A DNA stretch of 63,884 bases, the filler included, from Dugesia japonica (taxonomy: Eukaryota), in NCBI GenBank assembly GCA_001938525.1. It is 6 parts of 6 records of this genome, joined end to end, with 100 filler letters (N's around TTAATTAATTAA, not from the genome) between each part and the next. Parts side by side here need not be neighbours in the genome. Positions count along the whole stretch, not along the records: positions 9,968 to 23,383 come from MQRL01595985.1; positions 23,484 to 32,578 come from MQRL01562475.1; 4 more parts are not named here. One strand, 5' to 3'. Below, piece by piece: positions 12,567 through 25,744 of this stretch. The stretch's first letter is position 1. Every line of letters starts with the position of its first letter. Both the position numbers and the translations under genes were made by a program. The notes beneath the pieces were generated by a model that was not told the origin of the DNA, did not search any database, and saw only the letters and a list, made by a program, of their open reading frames with translations.

Positions 12567-13860
12567 ATGGAGTTAGATGCAAACAATAAATTTCTACACT
12601 TACAAACTAAAAATGATTTATTGAAGATAAGTCGAATTAGTGGTTCCATTAACAATTTAAACAAGTCTGTGGAAATAACATTTCAATCACTACAATCAAC
12701 CAACCCCCTAGACATTGAAAATTCAAAGTTTTATTACAAGATTGAAATTAATTATTTAGATGCAATCAAAACAGATGTAACACTAGAGAACAATTGGTTT
12801 CCTAATTTATTCAATTCCATGAGATTGGAACTTGGATCATCAACAGTTGAAGATTTAGAAATTGTAGGGATTGCTTCTACCATATTAAATTTAATAATGT
12901 ATGACAATTCTAGTTTACCTTGTACTATGAATTATGCATGGATTCCGGATGTAAAAACCGGAACAATAGATGATCCAAGCTTTACTAAAAGAAAGGAATT
13001 GTATTCAACCAAGTATGAAGGTTATTATCCTTCAAAGAATCTGTTTGGTTTCTTACAGAATTATAATAGATTACTATTTAATGTTTTTATTCAACTGGAT
13101 TGGATGAGTAATAAACAAGATGAATTAATATTCTTTGGAAAGAAAGATCACAAAACTACAATTAAAATTAATACCCTTGAACTTCATATTCCAGAGTAGA
13201 CCTTAAACCCTAAAGTAGAATTAAATTACTTGGAAAGAATATCAACAAATAAACCAATACAAGTAAGCGTCTTAGAAAGGGTTACAGGTAGAATTTCAAT
13301 TTCGAGTGGCAATAATTATTCTGTAAAATAAGGAAATCAACCATAAAGACCTAGATTTATAATACTAGGTTTAAAGACTAATATTATTGGATTTGATATT
13401 AATAATAATCTATTTTCACAAGGATACCAAACAGTAATTAAAGCACTTGCTCCTGCCCTTGTGGATACAATAAATAATTATTATCTCAAAAGCATACAGA
13501 TACAATTGAATAATACTTATTACCCCATCAATCGAATGGAATATGATGTACAGAATAATTATAATATATTTCTTTATCAATCATATGTAGAAAGTTGTAT
13601 TTCATTTTTTAACTCTTTGTATAACCACCCACAATTAAATATTATCCAATGGAGTAAATTGTATCCAATATTCTGTTTCGATACCAGTGCACAAGATGAT
13701 AAGTTAATAATTAATAATGTATATGTAACACGTCACATTTCAAAAGATTCAGAATTAAAGGGTGAATTGTATTGGATAATATTACAATAAAAGCATGTAG
13801 AATTAAAGATTGCAAATTCAAAGATTATTTATACAGAGCATGTAAAGGGAATGGATATAA
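12567..13860 (+). pseudogene. Polinton/adintovirus-type major capsid protein, lineage A
   Basis: One frame with in-frame stops at 13197, about 13329, about 13344 and 13788. Motifs NNWFPNLFNSMRLEL, RPRFIILG, IQIQLNNTYYP and LYPIFCFDTSAQ. Confidence 0.8.
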
Positions 13861-13925
13861 AGTGATGTAAGAAGAGTTATCCAAGATTGAACAACCAAAG
13901 TAATAATCAGAAATTGTGAATTAAA

Positions 13926-14504
13926 ATGTCTTCAATTAATTATGAATGTATTAAATGTAAAAAACTATTAAGTAAAAAGAATAAAGCTAGACATGATAGA
14001 ACATGTAAAAGTTTCAGTGACTGAACCAATGAAATAACTAAATTGTGGAATGATATAAGGTTATCCAAAAGGTTATCCAAATGGTTATTCAAAGGGGTTA
14101 TACAAGGTGGTGATTTACAATTTTCTAAATTAACATCAGCAATTCTTAACTCAAAACTTAACCCTTTCACAACAGCCAAGTATCCAGGTATAAGACACTT
14201 GTTTAAACATAATTACACTGGTCCTGGTACAAGGTCACATATAAGGTTAGATGAAAATAATAAACCAAAACCAGGAGAAGAACCTATTAATAGAGTAGAT
14301 CATTGTGCTTTAAAACATGATTTAGCTTACAAATCAGAAGATTTAAGAGATAGACATTTAGCTGATGTAAACATGATACTTGATTTAAATAATATTGAAA
14401 ATTCATCAACATCTGAAAAGATACAAAGAGCTCTAGTTAAACTAGCAATGAAGGGTAAAATATTAATAGGATCGGACATAATTCCAAGTGATTTTGGAGT
14501 GTAG
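13926..14504 (+). pseudogene. C2HC zinc finger plus parvovirus VP1u-like phospholipase A2 (PLA2X-like) domain
   Basis: ATG at 13926 gives CIKC..x9..HDRTC, then TGA at 14022, then HNYTGPGT (Ca2+ loop) and DHCALKHDLAY (catalytic HDxxY). Confidence 0.85.
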
Positions 14505-15101
14505 GGACAAGAAGCGGGGGTCATATTATCAAATGAACTTCATAAAGAATATAGAAAACCAAAACACTTTCTTAAAGTAATAATAATTGATAAAGATGAA
14601 ATTTGGGGTTGTGATATAGCGGATATGATAATTAGCTCAGTTGATGGTTTTAAATATATTTTGGTGTGTATTGATTTGTATACTANATTTGGTTTTTGTA
14701 TTCCAATGATTAGTAAAAATAAAGAATCTTTACAAGAAGCATTTGAATCTATATTTGAAACTAATAATAGAATTCCAAACAGTATATGGTTTGATAAAGA
14801 AGCAGGAATTAAAAGTAAATACATGGATAAATTATTTAAGCAAAATTATATTAATTTATACCACACTGAAAATGAAGGTAAATCAGCTTTTGCAGAAAGA
14901 TTTATTAGAAGTCTAAAAAATAAAATGTATAAACATTTTACATCAGTTGGAAACAAGAATTGGAATAATAAACTATTACAAGATATTGTAAATGATTATA
15001 ATAATACCATTCATTCTTTAATTAAAGTTAGTCCATTAGAAGCTAATAATGAACCTGAAAATATTAAAGAAATAATTAATAATCATAACCATGAATATGA
15101 C
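14505..15101 (+). pseudogene. Polinton RVE integrase, lineage A (in frame with PLA2; interrupted at 15102)
   Basis: NELHKEYRK..WGCDIADM..YILVCIDLYT..IWFDKE..AERFIRSLK..YNNTIHS; DDE residues present. Confidence 0.9.
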
Positions 15102-17700
15102 AGTAGATGGATAGTAGGGGTAAAGAACAGCACNNNNNNNNNNNNNNNNNNNNNNNNNNNNNNNNNNNNNNNNNNNNNNNNNNNNNNNNNNNNNNNNNNN
15201 NNNNNNNNNNNNNNNNNNNNNNNNNNNNNNNNNNNNNNNNNNNNNNNNNNNNNNNNNNNNNNNNNNNNNNNNNNNNNNNNNNNNNNNNNNNNNNNNNNNN
15301 NNNNNTAACTGTTTTTAAATTTTTCTAATGTATTTAGTTGGCAAAATATTTAGTGTGTATTTAGGCGTAAAATTTTTTGTATGTTTTCTGGTGGCAATAT
15401 TTTTATAAAGTATTTAAGCGGTAATATTTTTTATAGGCTTTTAAGTTGGAGAAAATTTTTTATGGGAATTTTTAATAGAAAATCGGTTAAACGTTCATGT
15501 TGTTTAAATAATATGAAAATTTAAAATTTTTTAAATNNNNNNNNNNNNNNNNNNNNNNNNNNNNNNNNNNNNNNNNNNNNNNNNNNNNNNNNNNNNNNNN
15601 NNNNNNNNNNNNNNNNNNNNNNNNNNNNNNNNNNNNNNNNNNNNNNNNNNNNNNNNNNNNNNNNNNNNTTTCGAAAAAATATTTCTTCTCAAATAAGTTA
15701 AACAAGAGTCTATTCGATAGAGAAATTTTTGTTGATTCTAAATATGTTAACCTAAAATCGCCAAAGTTAATACTTGATGAAATAAAAGAGATTTTGTGAT
15801 GAAAAAATCTCAAAACTCAGAGTTTAGCGCTCAGAGCTCTGTGCAATCGACTCAAATTTAGTATTATTTTATTCAGGAGGAAAAAGTGAAAATATCGTCT
15901 AGGTAAAAATGCTTCCTAACGAAGATATTCAGCTGTCCTTTCGGATTTGGTAACCTTTTTTCAAAATTTAAAAATGAGATTCAAATTGGTCAAAGAGGTA
16001 TCTATTCGATAGAAACTCTTTCACTGATTCCAAATATGTAAACCGAAAATCATCAAACCTTATATATAAAAAGTTATATAGACAAAACATGTACTTAAAT
16101 TTGGGAGTCCGGGAGGGAATTATGAAATTTGGAAAGGGTAACTGGAATTTGAACATCAAGGTATTCATTAGATAGAAAATTTAAAGTTGAGTAGGATTGA
16201 CCTAGTTAAAAATCAAGAAACCGTATTGATAAAAAGTTATATTGAAAAAACAAGTACTTATTTAGTATTAAGAAAATAAATATTGACTACAAATTAATTT
16301 AATTTTAAATAAATTAATTATTTAAATAAGTTCAAAAAGAATTTTCTGGAATCAATTGTTTTACTGTATCAACAATATTTAATTATACACACATCACTTA
16401 AAACCTATATTAAACAGAATCTTTTATTCATTTATCATTATTTCAAAAATGACATCAATGACATTGACTAAGTATAATGCGTCTACTTTGGTTATCAAAT
16501 GTGGAAAGCCAATCAATTACTATAAATATGAATTGTTTAACTTTAGGAAAACAATCATGTACACATTTAAAGTACTTTTATAATTATTATTTATTGTATT
16601 AAAACTTTTTTTTAGGACCCGGTACAATTAAAACAGTGCTTGTATGATCTATTGATTTCAAACATAAGTGCTAATGATTTGAAAACCTTGAATGAATTCA
16701 TAAAATCAAAGGATGAGGTTCAAAATGAAAAGGCAATGATTAGTGTTGAAATATTTGGTTACAAAAGNNNNNNNNNNNNNNNNNNNNNNNNNNNNNNNNN
16801 NNNNNNNNNNNNNNNNNNNNNNNNNNNNNNNNNNNNNNNNNNNNNNNNNNNNNNNNNNNNNNNNNNNNNNNNNNNNNNNNNNNNNNNNNNNNNNNNNNNN
16901 NNNNNNNNNNNNNNNNATTCAATCTCATGTTATGCGATGATCTGGTGATTGTTTTGTGCAACATTTGGCAACTGAAATTATAATATTAAATTAGATTATT
17001 AAAGCAACCAAGATTACTTAAAGGGTAACTCCAATTTGAACATCAAAGTATCTATTCGATAGGGAATTTTATTTTGAGTAGGAAAAACATGGGTAAAAAT
17101 CACCAAATCTTGTCTGGGACTAAAGAAAANGGGATAAACCCGAGATTTTTTGACAATTTTTGAAAATTCTTTCTTCTTAATTTGTAACAAAACATACATT
17201 ATACGATAGAGAAATGTTTACTGATCAAGAAAAACATTACTTAAAATCATTAAACTTAATTTTTACAAAGAAAATTTGAAAAAATATAGTCAAAAATCAC
17301 GATTACGCTTAATCGACACTACTAAAAAGTTATTTTTTATACTTTTCATCCAAATTTAATGATCTAANNNNNNNNNNNNNNNNNNNNNNNNNNNNNNNNN
17401 NNNNNNNNNNNNNNNNNNNNNNNNNNNNNNNNNNNNNNNNNNNNNNNNNNNNNNNNNNNNNNNNNNNNNNNNNNNNNNNNNNNNATTTTTATTTCTTAAT
17501 AAATAATTAAAAATAAAAATTATCTCAAATTTAATTAAAAACCAGTCAATTTGGTAGAGGATTCTACACTGATTACAAATATATTAACCTAAAATCATCA
17601 AATCTTATAAATAAAAGTTATATTGAAAAACAAGCACATCATTTGGGAGTCCTCAATGAATATAAAAATAGGATGATAATTTATCCGGTAAGGTCAAATT
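15102..17700. mobile_element. Inserted element starting with a Polinton-type terminus, with internal dispersed repeats
   Basis: AGTAGATGGATAGT at 15102 matches the reverse complement of the termini at 42385 and 37797. Blocks CTATTCGATAG..TGATTCCAAATATG and AAGGGTAACT..TTTGAACATCAA recur across 15700-17620. Right end not defined because of gaps. Confidence 0.45.
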
Positions 17701-17854
17701 TGGGTAGTTTTTTAGATGAAGTTTTATTCTTTACCTATCCTCAGTTATCAAAGCTCTGTGAACTAGTGCTCTGCGACTTGATTTCGGTAATCAGAACTCT
17801 GCACTCTGTACACAACATTTCAGTTATCAATGCTCTGTTTACTGTTCTCTGATT

Positions 17855-18745
17855 TTTAGGACTTATGAGTTTGGATGGATAGTTTGTCCTACAATGGTAG
17901 TGGCACACTGACACAGTCGTATGAATTATCGTGGTTTTTTATGGAGGTTGTAGGTTTGTATATGGTTGATGGAATTTGTTGGTTGATGGTTTGTTGGAGA
18001 GGTAATGTATTGAAGAAGATGTTAGTTGTCGAATGTGCTTTGATTTTGTTTAAGGGCTACTATTTGATATGGTTTATCTTGTAAGTAGTAAAAGTGTGTT
18101 AAAAATTTTTTTCGTGAGGTGGAGGTTGATATTTGTGAAAAGAGCATTAATTATCTGATTTTATAAGATTTATTTGAAANNNNNNNNNNNGGTGGTTATG
18201 ACGTCATAATTTTTTGAAATCTTTATTTTGGTTAAAAATCCTGTATTTTGCTTAAATTGATGAATTTAATGAAAGTAATGTTATTTTAATGTATTTGAGG
18301 TATTTTTGATTATTTTTTCGGTATTTTGAACGAGGAAGGGTTGGTTTTTTAATATTTTCGAATGGAGAAGAAGGGAGTCTTGATATTTTTGAAATCTTTT
18401 TTGGCGGGAAATTAAAAAAAAATGTTTGGCGGGAAATTCAAAAAAATATTTTGTTTTGAAATTTTTCATTTTAATGGGGGAAATCATTTTATTATAATTA
18501 AATTAAATTTAATTAAATTAATTTGTTTATGTAAGAGATGGGACAGTCGAGGTATTTTGTAAGGGACGAGGGAGTCAAAAATTCATAAGCGCGTGATTTT
18601 CAGTGTATGTGTGTTGCATCTAAGTTGCATACGTATTGAATTTATTTAAAATATCAATAAAAATGCATAGTCACGTGGTTTTAAATGTACGTGTGTTGCA
18701 ATTGAGTTGCATCTGAGTTGCATACCTATTGTATTTATAATTAAA
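17855..18745. repeat. Polinton lineage B terminal repeat (inner part)
   Basis: Reverse-complement homology to 41410-41915 and direct homology to 39500-40035. Abuts the pPolB 3' region. Confidence 0.8.
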
Positions 18746-19189
18746 AAACTAATTACAATAAGAAACATATATTACAACAACAACTGTTTTTCTTTTCTTC
18801 CTCCAGATGGATTTCTATTGATTCCTTTATTTCTATTGGTTCCAGGATTTAAATTAATTTTGTTAATATTTAACATGCATATGTCACGCACAATGCATGC
18901 TTACTTCTTGCACAATGCATGTTTGCATTAAAAAACTTATTAAATAATTATAAAAAAATGATAATAACAACTTTTTTTAATTAAATAAATTAATGTACAA
19001 TTTTGGTCCTAAAGAGGACCGGTTATACGTTCACAAATTTTTTTTTGAGAATTTTTTCTTTTTTTTGTATTCATAATCTAAATAAAAACAAATAAAATAA
19101 CATCTAAAAATCAATTAAATAACTACCATTGTTTGAGGTTTTGTTCTTGACCAGACTAGATTGAATGAACGGTTTTATGGAGAAAATAT

Positions 19190-20606
19190 TTATATTATAC
19201 TATAGTGACCATGTGGGACACTTTTACTTTTGCCTACCCATATGCGTTTATCATCTGTATTTGTTAGTGCTAAATTTTTAGACTTAATACTGTAGAGCTG
19301 ATGGTCTTTAGATGTTATTCTAAATTGCTCTACTGAGACCGATTTTTTCTCATTATAACAGTCAAGGTAAGACTGATGAGAAATTTCAGTGTTCTCCAAT
19401 GTTATACCTTTGGCTCTCATGTTGTTCTTTTCTCCGATACAGTCTGTCCTATGTAGCTTGGACGATCTAAGCAAACTATTTCCTTATTGAGAAGAATAGC
19501 TATTAAATTGTCACCTATTTTTGTTGTTTTCTTAAATCCAGCTTTAGATGTATATGTAATCAGCTTTTTTGCTGAATGATTCCATGATAGGACATTGATA
19601 GATAGTCCTGGATTATTTTTCTCAAACTTTGGTATATCAATCAGTTTCATTGGCATATCCTCTTCATCAAAAATAAGCTCCAACATGTATTTTTATATAA
19701 TGTTACTCGGTTTTTATTCCTTTGTCTAACTTGATCACTTTTGATGATATCAAGCATACTGTAAATAAAACAGTAATTATGATTGTTTTTGATGTTTACA
19801 ATTGCTTCATTCCTTTTTAAATCTTCGGGTGTTGGATTATAACTTTTTCCTGATAGTCGACATATATCTGCAACCTTTGTAATTTTGAAATTAATTTCAA
19901 GTATTCTGTTCAACATCCAACTGGAGCCTAGTTTACTTCGTATTGTTATTTTCTCATTCAATTGGTTGATGCCATATTTAAAAAAGTTATCAGTTAATGC
20001 AACGACTCTATTTGATATCCTACAAGATTTAAACTCAAATTCTTCTCCATCAGCAGTTTTTATTATTCCTTTGAACTCTACATGGATCCCAAATTGAATT
20101 TTAACTTTCTTCATTTCTTCTATTGTCTGTAATAATTTGTTTACTATAGCTTCTGGTAACATTATTTCACGACAATTCCATCTCAAAACATCTATTTTAA
20201 GTATCCTATGACAACGATACAAATCTGATTCTATAATTACTTCATCTACTGCTGTATTATTTGCTGATCCACCAATTTGATTATTATTTTCTGTTTCTTC
20301 TGCATCCATAAATTGTTGTGACATGATATCTTCTTCATCAAGTTCAACAATTATTTCAAAACTTTTTCAATCATCAGATTCAATATTTGCTGTTTCTTCT
20401 TGTACAATATTTGTTGTTTCCTCTTTCAGATCCAAATTGATAATTTCTCCAACAACATATTCAAGTTTTTCAACTAATTTATCTTTGATTATTATTTCTT
20501 CAACATCATCCTCAGTAATAATTATTTCAACCGGTTCATCCTTAACTGTTATTTCATCCATCTTAATTCTCTTATTTACTGGTACTTCATAAAACTCACT
20601 ATCCAT
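19190..20606 (-). pseudogene. Protein-primed DNA polymerase B (lineage B) with internal deletions
   Basis: N-terminal GSSW..GKSY..AIVNIKN..YCF and IPKFEKNNPGLSINV run directly into LDRPSYIGQTV and C-terminal RAKGI..HQSYLDC..LTNTDDKR..PHGH. Confidence 0.85.
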
Positions 20607-21194
20607 CTACCTATCTAATATTGACTTCAATATATCCTTTTTACTTTTACTAAAACAAGACAAGTGTTTATTATGTGTCATATAGAAACGTGAGAAGTCA
20701 CCTAAGCCTAATACCTTACAATTAGGACACACAAAATAGTTTTTTCCATAAAACCGTTAGCCATAGTATCCTTCCATGATACTATGACAGTCACCATTAT
20801 GACTCACACTTACGCAATGGTTGTATAATTTGCAATGTTCTGAAATAATTTAATATTAATAACATAATGATTTTAACATTTTTTTTCTTAAAAAAAATTT
20901 ATTAGCTATGTTATTTTCCATTTAAAAAAACACATATAAAAGTGTTAATGTTTAATAAAACATCATGTTAGTGAAGCAATTTTATATAAAAGAAATCTCA
21001 TTACCCATGTAATTTTTAATAAAATATCTCATAGTTTTACAAAATACGTTGCAATATTTTAAATTAATTTTATTTTTTTTGATAATAAAAAAACGTATTA
21101 TTAGCATATTACTTACAAATATTTAGTAAATAACAAAGATTTCATTTCAATGAAATGCATTTATTTTTTTACAACAAGAACAAATAAATATTGT

Positions 21195-21548
21195 CAAGTA
21201 CAATGTTGTTTTTTCAACCATGATAAACAGTGTTGACCACATGTAGTTGTAAATGGATCTTGATATCGGATTTTATTGAAGACTATTGGCTTCAATATTT
21301 TCGATAAGTGTGACACCAGCATTGATGGATAATAAAGTTCTAATGGATCAAATACTAGTATTTAAGCAGGTTTATTGTAAACAGCTATCCAATGTTCTCC
21401 ACCTAGATTTGATGTGTGAGTATTAACAATTAAGGCATTGTTTACTGGGATATATTTTAGAAGTTTATCTAATGCATAAACATGCTGATCCAAGCCACTG
21501 TGATGCAATCCGATCAATCTGAATAGTACTATTAAAATAAAAACCCAT
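21195..21548 (-). pseudogene. Adenain-like cysteine protease (Polinton PRO)
   Basis: LIVNTHTSNLGGEHWIAVY..VFDP..RYQDPFTTTCGQHCL contains the H/D/Q/C residues. Disrupted by stops and frameshifts. Confidence 0.85.
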
Positions 21549-21605
21549 TAATATAATAACACTTACTTCATAACATGTACCAATTACACAACATATTGTT
21601 TACAC

Positions 21606-22447
21606 TTATACTGTTCCGTTTTCTTTTATCTGAATTTCCTTTTCAAATACTCCATAAATTATAGCACATGCCAATGTTGTTAAAGCTTTGGCAAACTTGA
21701 TTTCCAATCTCAAATGTCCTTGTTGAAGTAATTGACTCTGATTTATATCAAAATCTGTAGCAAGAACAAATGTAAAGAAAGGATAATTATTCTTAAAATC
21801 TTGGAGTGTTATTCCACAATTCATATTCTTATCCAATATCCCATATTTCGTATTATAGGTTGCAAATATGTTGTGGTATAATTATCGTTTGTAAAATTTT
21901 AAGTATATATTTCTCGATAATCAGGGTTTTTTGACAAGGAAACAGAAGCAACATCTACATTTTGAAATGTTGAACTCGAGTTTTTATAGCTACAATTATA
22001 TTGTTCACCACTTTAAAATGTAAACAGAATAAAGCTAGGTAATTGACGATCACCAAAGATTTGTTCCTTATAAAACGGTAATAATTTATTATAGTTTCAA
22101 TTATTGCTTTTTGAAGATAAGATCCATTTTCACCTTCAATTTTAAAATTTTTAAACGAAAGAAATACATTCTTAAAAAGCGTATGCAACATATAATTACT
22201 AGGAATTACATCATGAGTGTCAGTCAAATCTTTACCACCCTTATCAAATCCCTTCACGTTAATATACAATAAAGTATCATTCAAATCCAAATATTCTGTT
22301 TGAGATCCATTTACAAAAAAACTCTACGTCACTTTGTGATTCAGAAATTGAATTCATAGGAAAGACATCTTCGATAGTACCATCTTCAATTACAGCTTGA
22401 AGAGATGGTTGATTAAAAATACATAATTCAAATTTATCGCAAATCAT
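21606..22447 (-). pseudogene. Major capsid protein (PY-type), lineage B, internally deleted
   Basis: FELCIFNQPSLQAVIEDG..EFFVNGSQTEYLDLNDTLLY..NYMLHTLF; C-terminal GITLQDFKNNYPFFTF..GHLRLEIKFAKAL. Confidence 0.85.
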
Positions 22448-22476
22448 TTTTCAAATTTTGTTCCATGACCTCTCAC

Positions 22477-22863
22477 TCATTTGTTTATCCGTGATCCATG
22501 AGATTTCTTACGTTTTCTAGTATTTTGTGGTGTTTGGGCTTGATTTGTTAGCATATTAGTTATTTCAGATGCTATTTTACTAGTTATGCTTTGCGGTAAT
22601 ATGTTTGCTACTTTTAGAATCATACTGGTTACTCTGCTAGGTAATGATGACATAACCTTTCCAAGCTCAGCTAATGCATTTGATTTCAATGTGGGTAGTA
22701 TTTTTCCATCATTAGCTAGTACATCCTGAGCTGTTTTAAGAATCGGTAAAGCAAATCTACCTATTGTTCGTAACCAACCAGATCCATACTGTTTTCCAAG
22801 AAAGTAAGGTAATTCTTTACCTGCTTGACTAATACTATACATTGAAAAAATATCAGGATTCAT
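22477..22863 (-). CDS. Polinton small virion protein (PM-like), between minor capsid and MCP
   Basis: QAG..LPYFLG.QYGSGWLRTIGRFALPILK is a QxGxG motif plus amphipathic helix, typical of this position. Basic C-terminus. Confidence 0.65.
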   Translation of the reverse strand: MNPDIFSMYSISQAGKELPYFLGKQYGSGWLRTIGRFALPILKTAQDVLANDGKILPTLKSNALAELGKVMSSLPSRVTSMILKVANILPQSITSKIASEITNMLTNQAQTPQNTRKRKKSHGSRINK

Positions 22864-23330
22864 TATTTAGTTTTCTAAAATGTAAATTTAAATGGGTTTT
22901 TGAATGTTTTGGAAACTTGATTAATTTTGCGTTATCATCGCGTATATTAATTTCTATATTGTTTATATATGATGTTGCAATAGGTAAATATATTGGATTC
23001 TCGAATATTATTTGCACTACTTCATCAGTTTCATGCTTTTCTATCCATATTGCTTTCAATAAAGGTACACTAACATCTCATACAATTATAGGTTCAACAA
23101 GACTACTACAGATGAACATTTGCTGATGTAATTTCATTATTTTCGACTTGGTAATAGCTTTGAACTGACCTTCCTTCATATCTTCAAGAGAATAATTATG
23201 TTTGTCTAATCCAAAATGTTCTTGTCAAGAAATTATCAAATACAACTTTTATGAAATCATCTTGTAGCTCGAATTCAAAATATTTATCCGCATTTATAAG
23301 GCATTTCTTAAATATTTGACTACAACTTTC
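22853..23330 (-). pseudogene. Minor capsid/penton (PX) C-terminal part
   Basis: ICSSLVEPIIV.DVSVPLLKAI..FENPIYLPI..NNIEINIRDD..LHFRK. Confidence 0.8.
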
Positions 23331-25744
23331 GGTCAAATATTTACTTAATTGTTCCAATTCTGATATATATATATATATATATANNNNNNNNNNNNNNNNN
23401 NNNNNNNNNNNNNNNNNNNNNNNNNNNTTAATTAATTAANNNNNNNNNNNNNNNNNNNNNNNNNNNNNNNNNNNNNNNNNNNNTATTATTAATAATATAT
23501 TTTATAATAATATTATAAAATTTTATTATATTATATATTATTTTATATTATTATTTATTATAATAATCCCAATATAAAATAGACCCAATGCAAAAGAGCT
23601 TTAAAAAAATAATAGAAATACAATAATATAAAATGTAATAATATAATATAAATAATAATAAATAATAATATAATATATAATATAAATTATATATTATTAT
23701 ATAATATATTATTAATAATAGAATATTTTATATTATATATTTATTAATAATATAAAATTTAATTAAATAAAATAATATATCAATAATAATAATAACAAAA
23801 ATAAAATTTTTGATGGGGCTATTTTGACGGTCACTAGTTAATGGGACAGTTATTAAATTTTCCCTTAATTTAGTAATTTTTCCCTAAATTTAGTATAATT
23901 TCCCTTATTTTAGTAAAATTTTCCTTAGTTTAGTAATTTTTCAATTGGTTAAGTTTATTTTAAAATTATTTCCATTTATAATAATTTCATTTAATTTATC
24001 GTAAATTATTTTATTATTCCATAAAGTTAATTATTAAACAATAAATTTATTCAATATTTTGATTATTGTTTGAATTAATTGTGAAGCTTCCACATTGTTG
24101 AAAAATGAAACTAATTTATTTAGAATATTTTTAATTCTCTACAATTGATTTTCTTTTTAATATGAATCAATTATATTAGTTTTAAATTATTCTTATTTGT
24201 TTTCCATTGTTTAGTATACACTATTTTTTTAATTTTATGATAGTTTTGTTACCTTGGCAATAATAATATGTTTAAATTATTACTTTGGTTGGGTTCTGTT
24301 CCAACAAATCTTTTCCCTTCCAGTGAATGATTCCGTTCCGGAATTAGACTTGAATAATTTCTGTTATTTCCTAACAAGAAAGATATAAACAATGTAAATA
24401 ATTTTTTATTAATTTTTTAACACTTATTTATATCTACATTAGCTTGTACGGTACTCACGTCTCTGTGATGTTGGTTTCCACTTTATTTCCCAATTCGAAG
24501 CTTGTTTTTCTGTTGTTTACGGAATTATTGTCATTCTTGATTTGCTTTGCTACATATTCATCTACATGTTTTATAATCTTTCGTTTGCTTTCAACGTGTT
24601 CTTGTAATCATCTCATTCATCGTAGTTTTACATCCAATATGAAATTTATTGTTTTTAACTGCGTGTTATGCGTCTCGAGTATCGAGTTCATTGAAGCCAG
24701 TCGTTTGTTATTCATCTTCAGTGTCTGAGTTACTTCGATCACCTTCTCTATTTTCTTGCATACACTTTGACAAACGCTGTTCTAGGTGGCTGCATTTTTC
24801 TCTAGGATTTGTCCTACTTTTACAAATTATTGACTCTTAACGTTTAAGAATTCATTTTGAATTTCCATACGATTTCTTTGTTTGTTGTTGACTTGCCTTT
24901 TTTGATTAGAATGATAAATGATAAAAGAAAAATAAAATTTGTTTTTTCATGGCCATAGCAACTGCAGTAATTATATTTTCGAGTTGATCTATCTTTCAGT
25001 TTGACTTGGGATTCTTGATTCGATCTTTCTTCTTTATTGAACTGGTGTTCTGGTAGTCCTTTGTAATGACTTTAAATTTTCCTTCTTCAGTTATAAATAT
25101 ACTTAACAATTGTATTGCGCATTTATTTTCCTTTTAAAAGTTTTTTGTAACCACTTTCCCACTTCTCTTTGTTTCTTTTCTATTTTTGGATTAACCATAA
25201 TTGATCCGTTAGTTTTAAAATTTCTTGTAACTTTGTCGTTGTTGATTCTAGCAATTTTGTTAACTGGTTCCCATTTTTATTAAGATCATCTGATTTTTCT
25301 TTCTCTTGGATTTGTAATAGTTTGGTTTTGACAACATTTGTAAATGAACTTTCATTTTGCAGAATTTGTTTTCCCAAATCTATTTTCAAATGACTTACAT
25401 GCTTCATATTTGGTCAGCTATGTCTAACTTGTACTATTATATCCATAACTGTACAAGTTCGATAGAATCCGTTTCTTTAATGATCTGCCAAAAAGATATA
25501 TCTCGCTTGGTTTTGCGAATTTCTGTCCCTTCTGAGTTGTCTGATGCTTTTTTTTTGCTTCATTGCGTCCGCAACGTTAAACTAGCAATCTCCTGTTTGT
25601 ATCACTAAATGTTTAGTAATCTGATTGGACCCGAGTACCCTTATGTTAAACGGTTTTATTTCTTGGTCCAATAAACTTTCTCCTTGGTTAAAGGTTAACT
25701 TTTCCAGAAGTATTTAATGTGACTCAGCTCACAATGGATTTAGT

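Noticed and set aside
12567-14504. Alternative genetic code to explain the in-frame stops
   Set aside because: TAA, TAG and TGA all occur, other elements have frameshifts, and SRSF1 translates cleanly in the standard code. Neutral decay is simpler.
16449-16767. Intron-containing gene with a 12-nt microexon
   Set aside because: The obvious GT-AG splicing creates an immediate TGA. No recognisable domain, and a gap follows.
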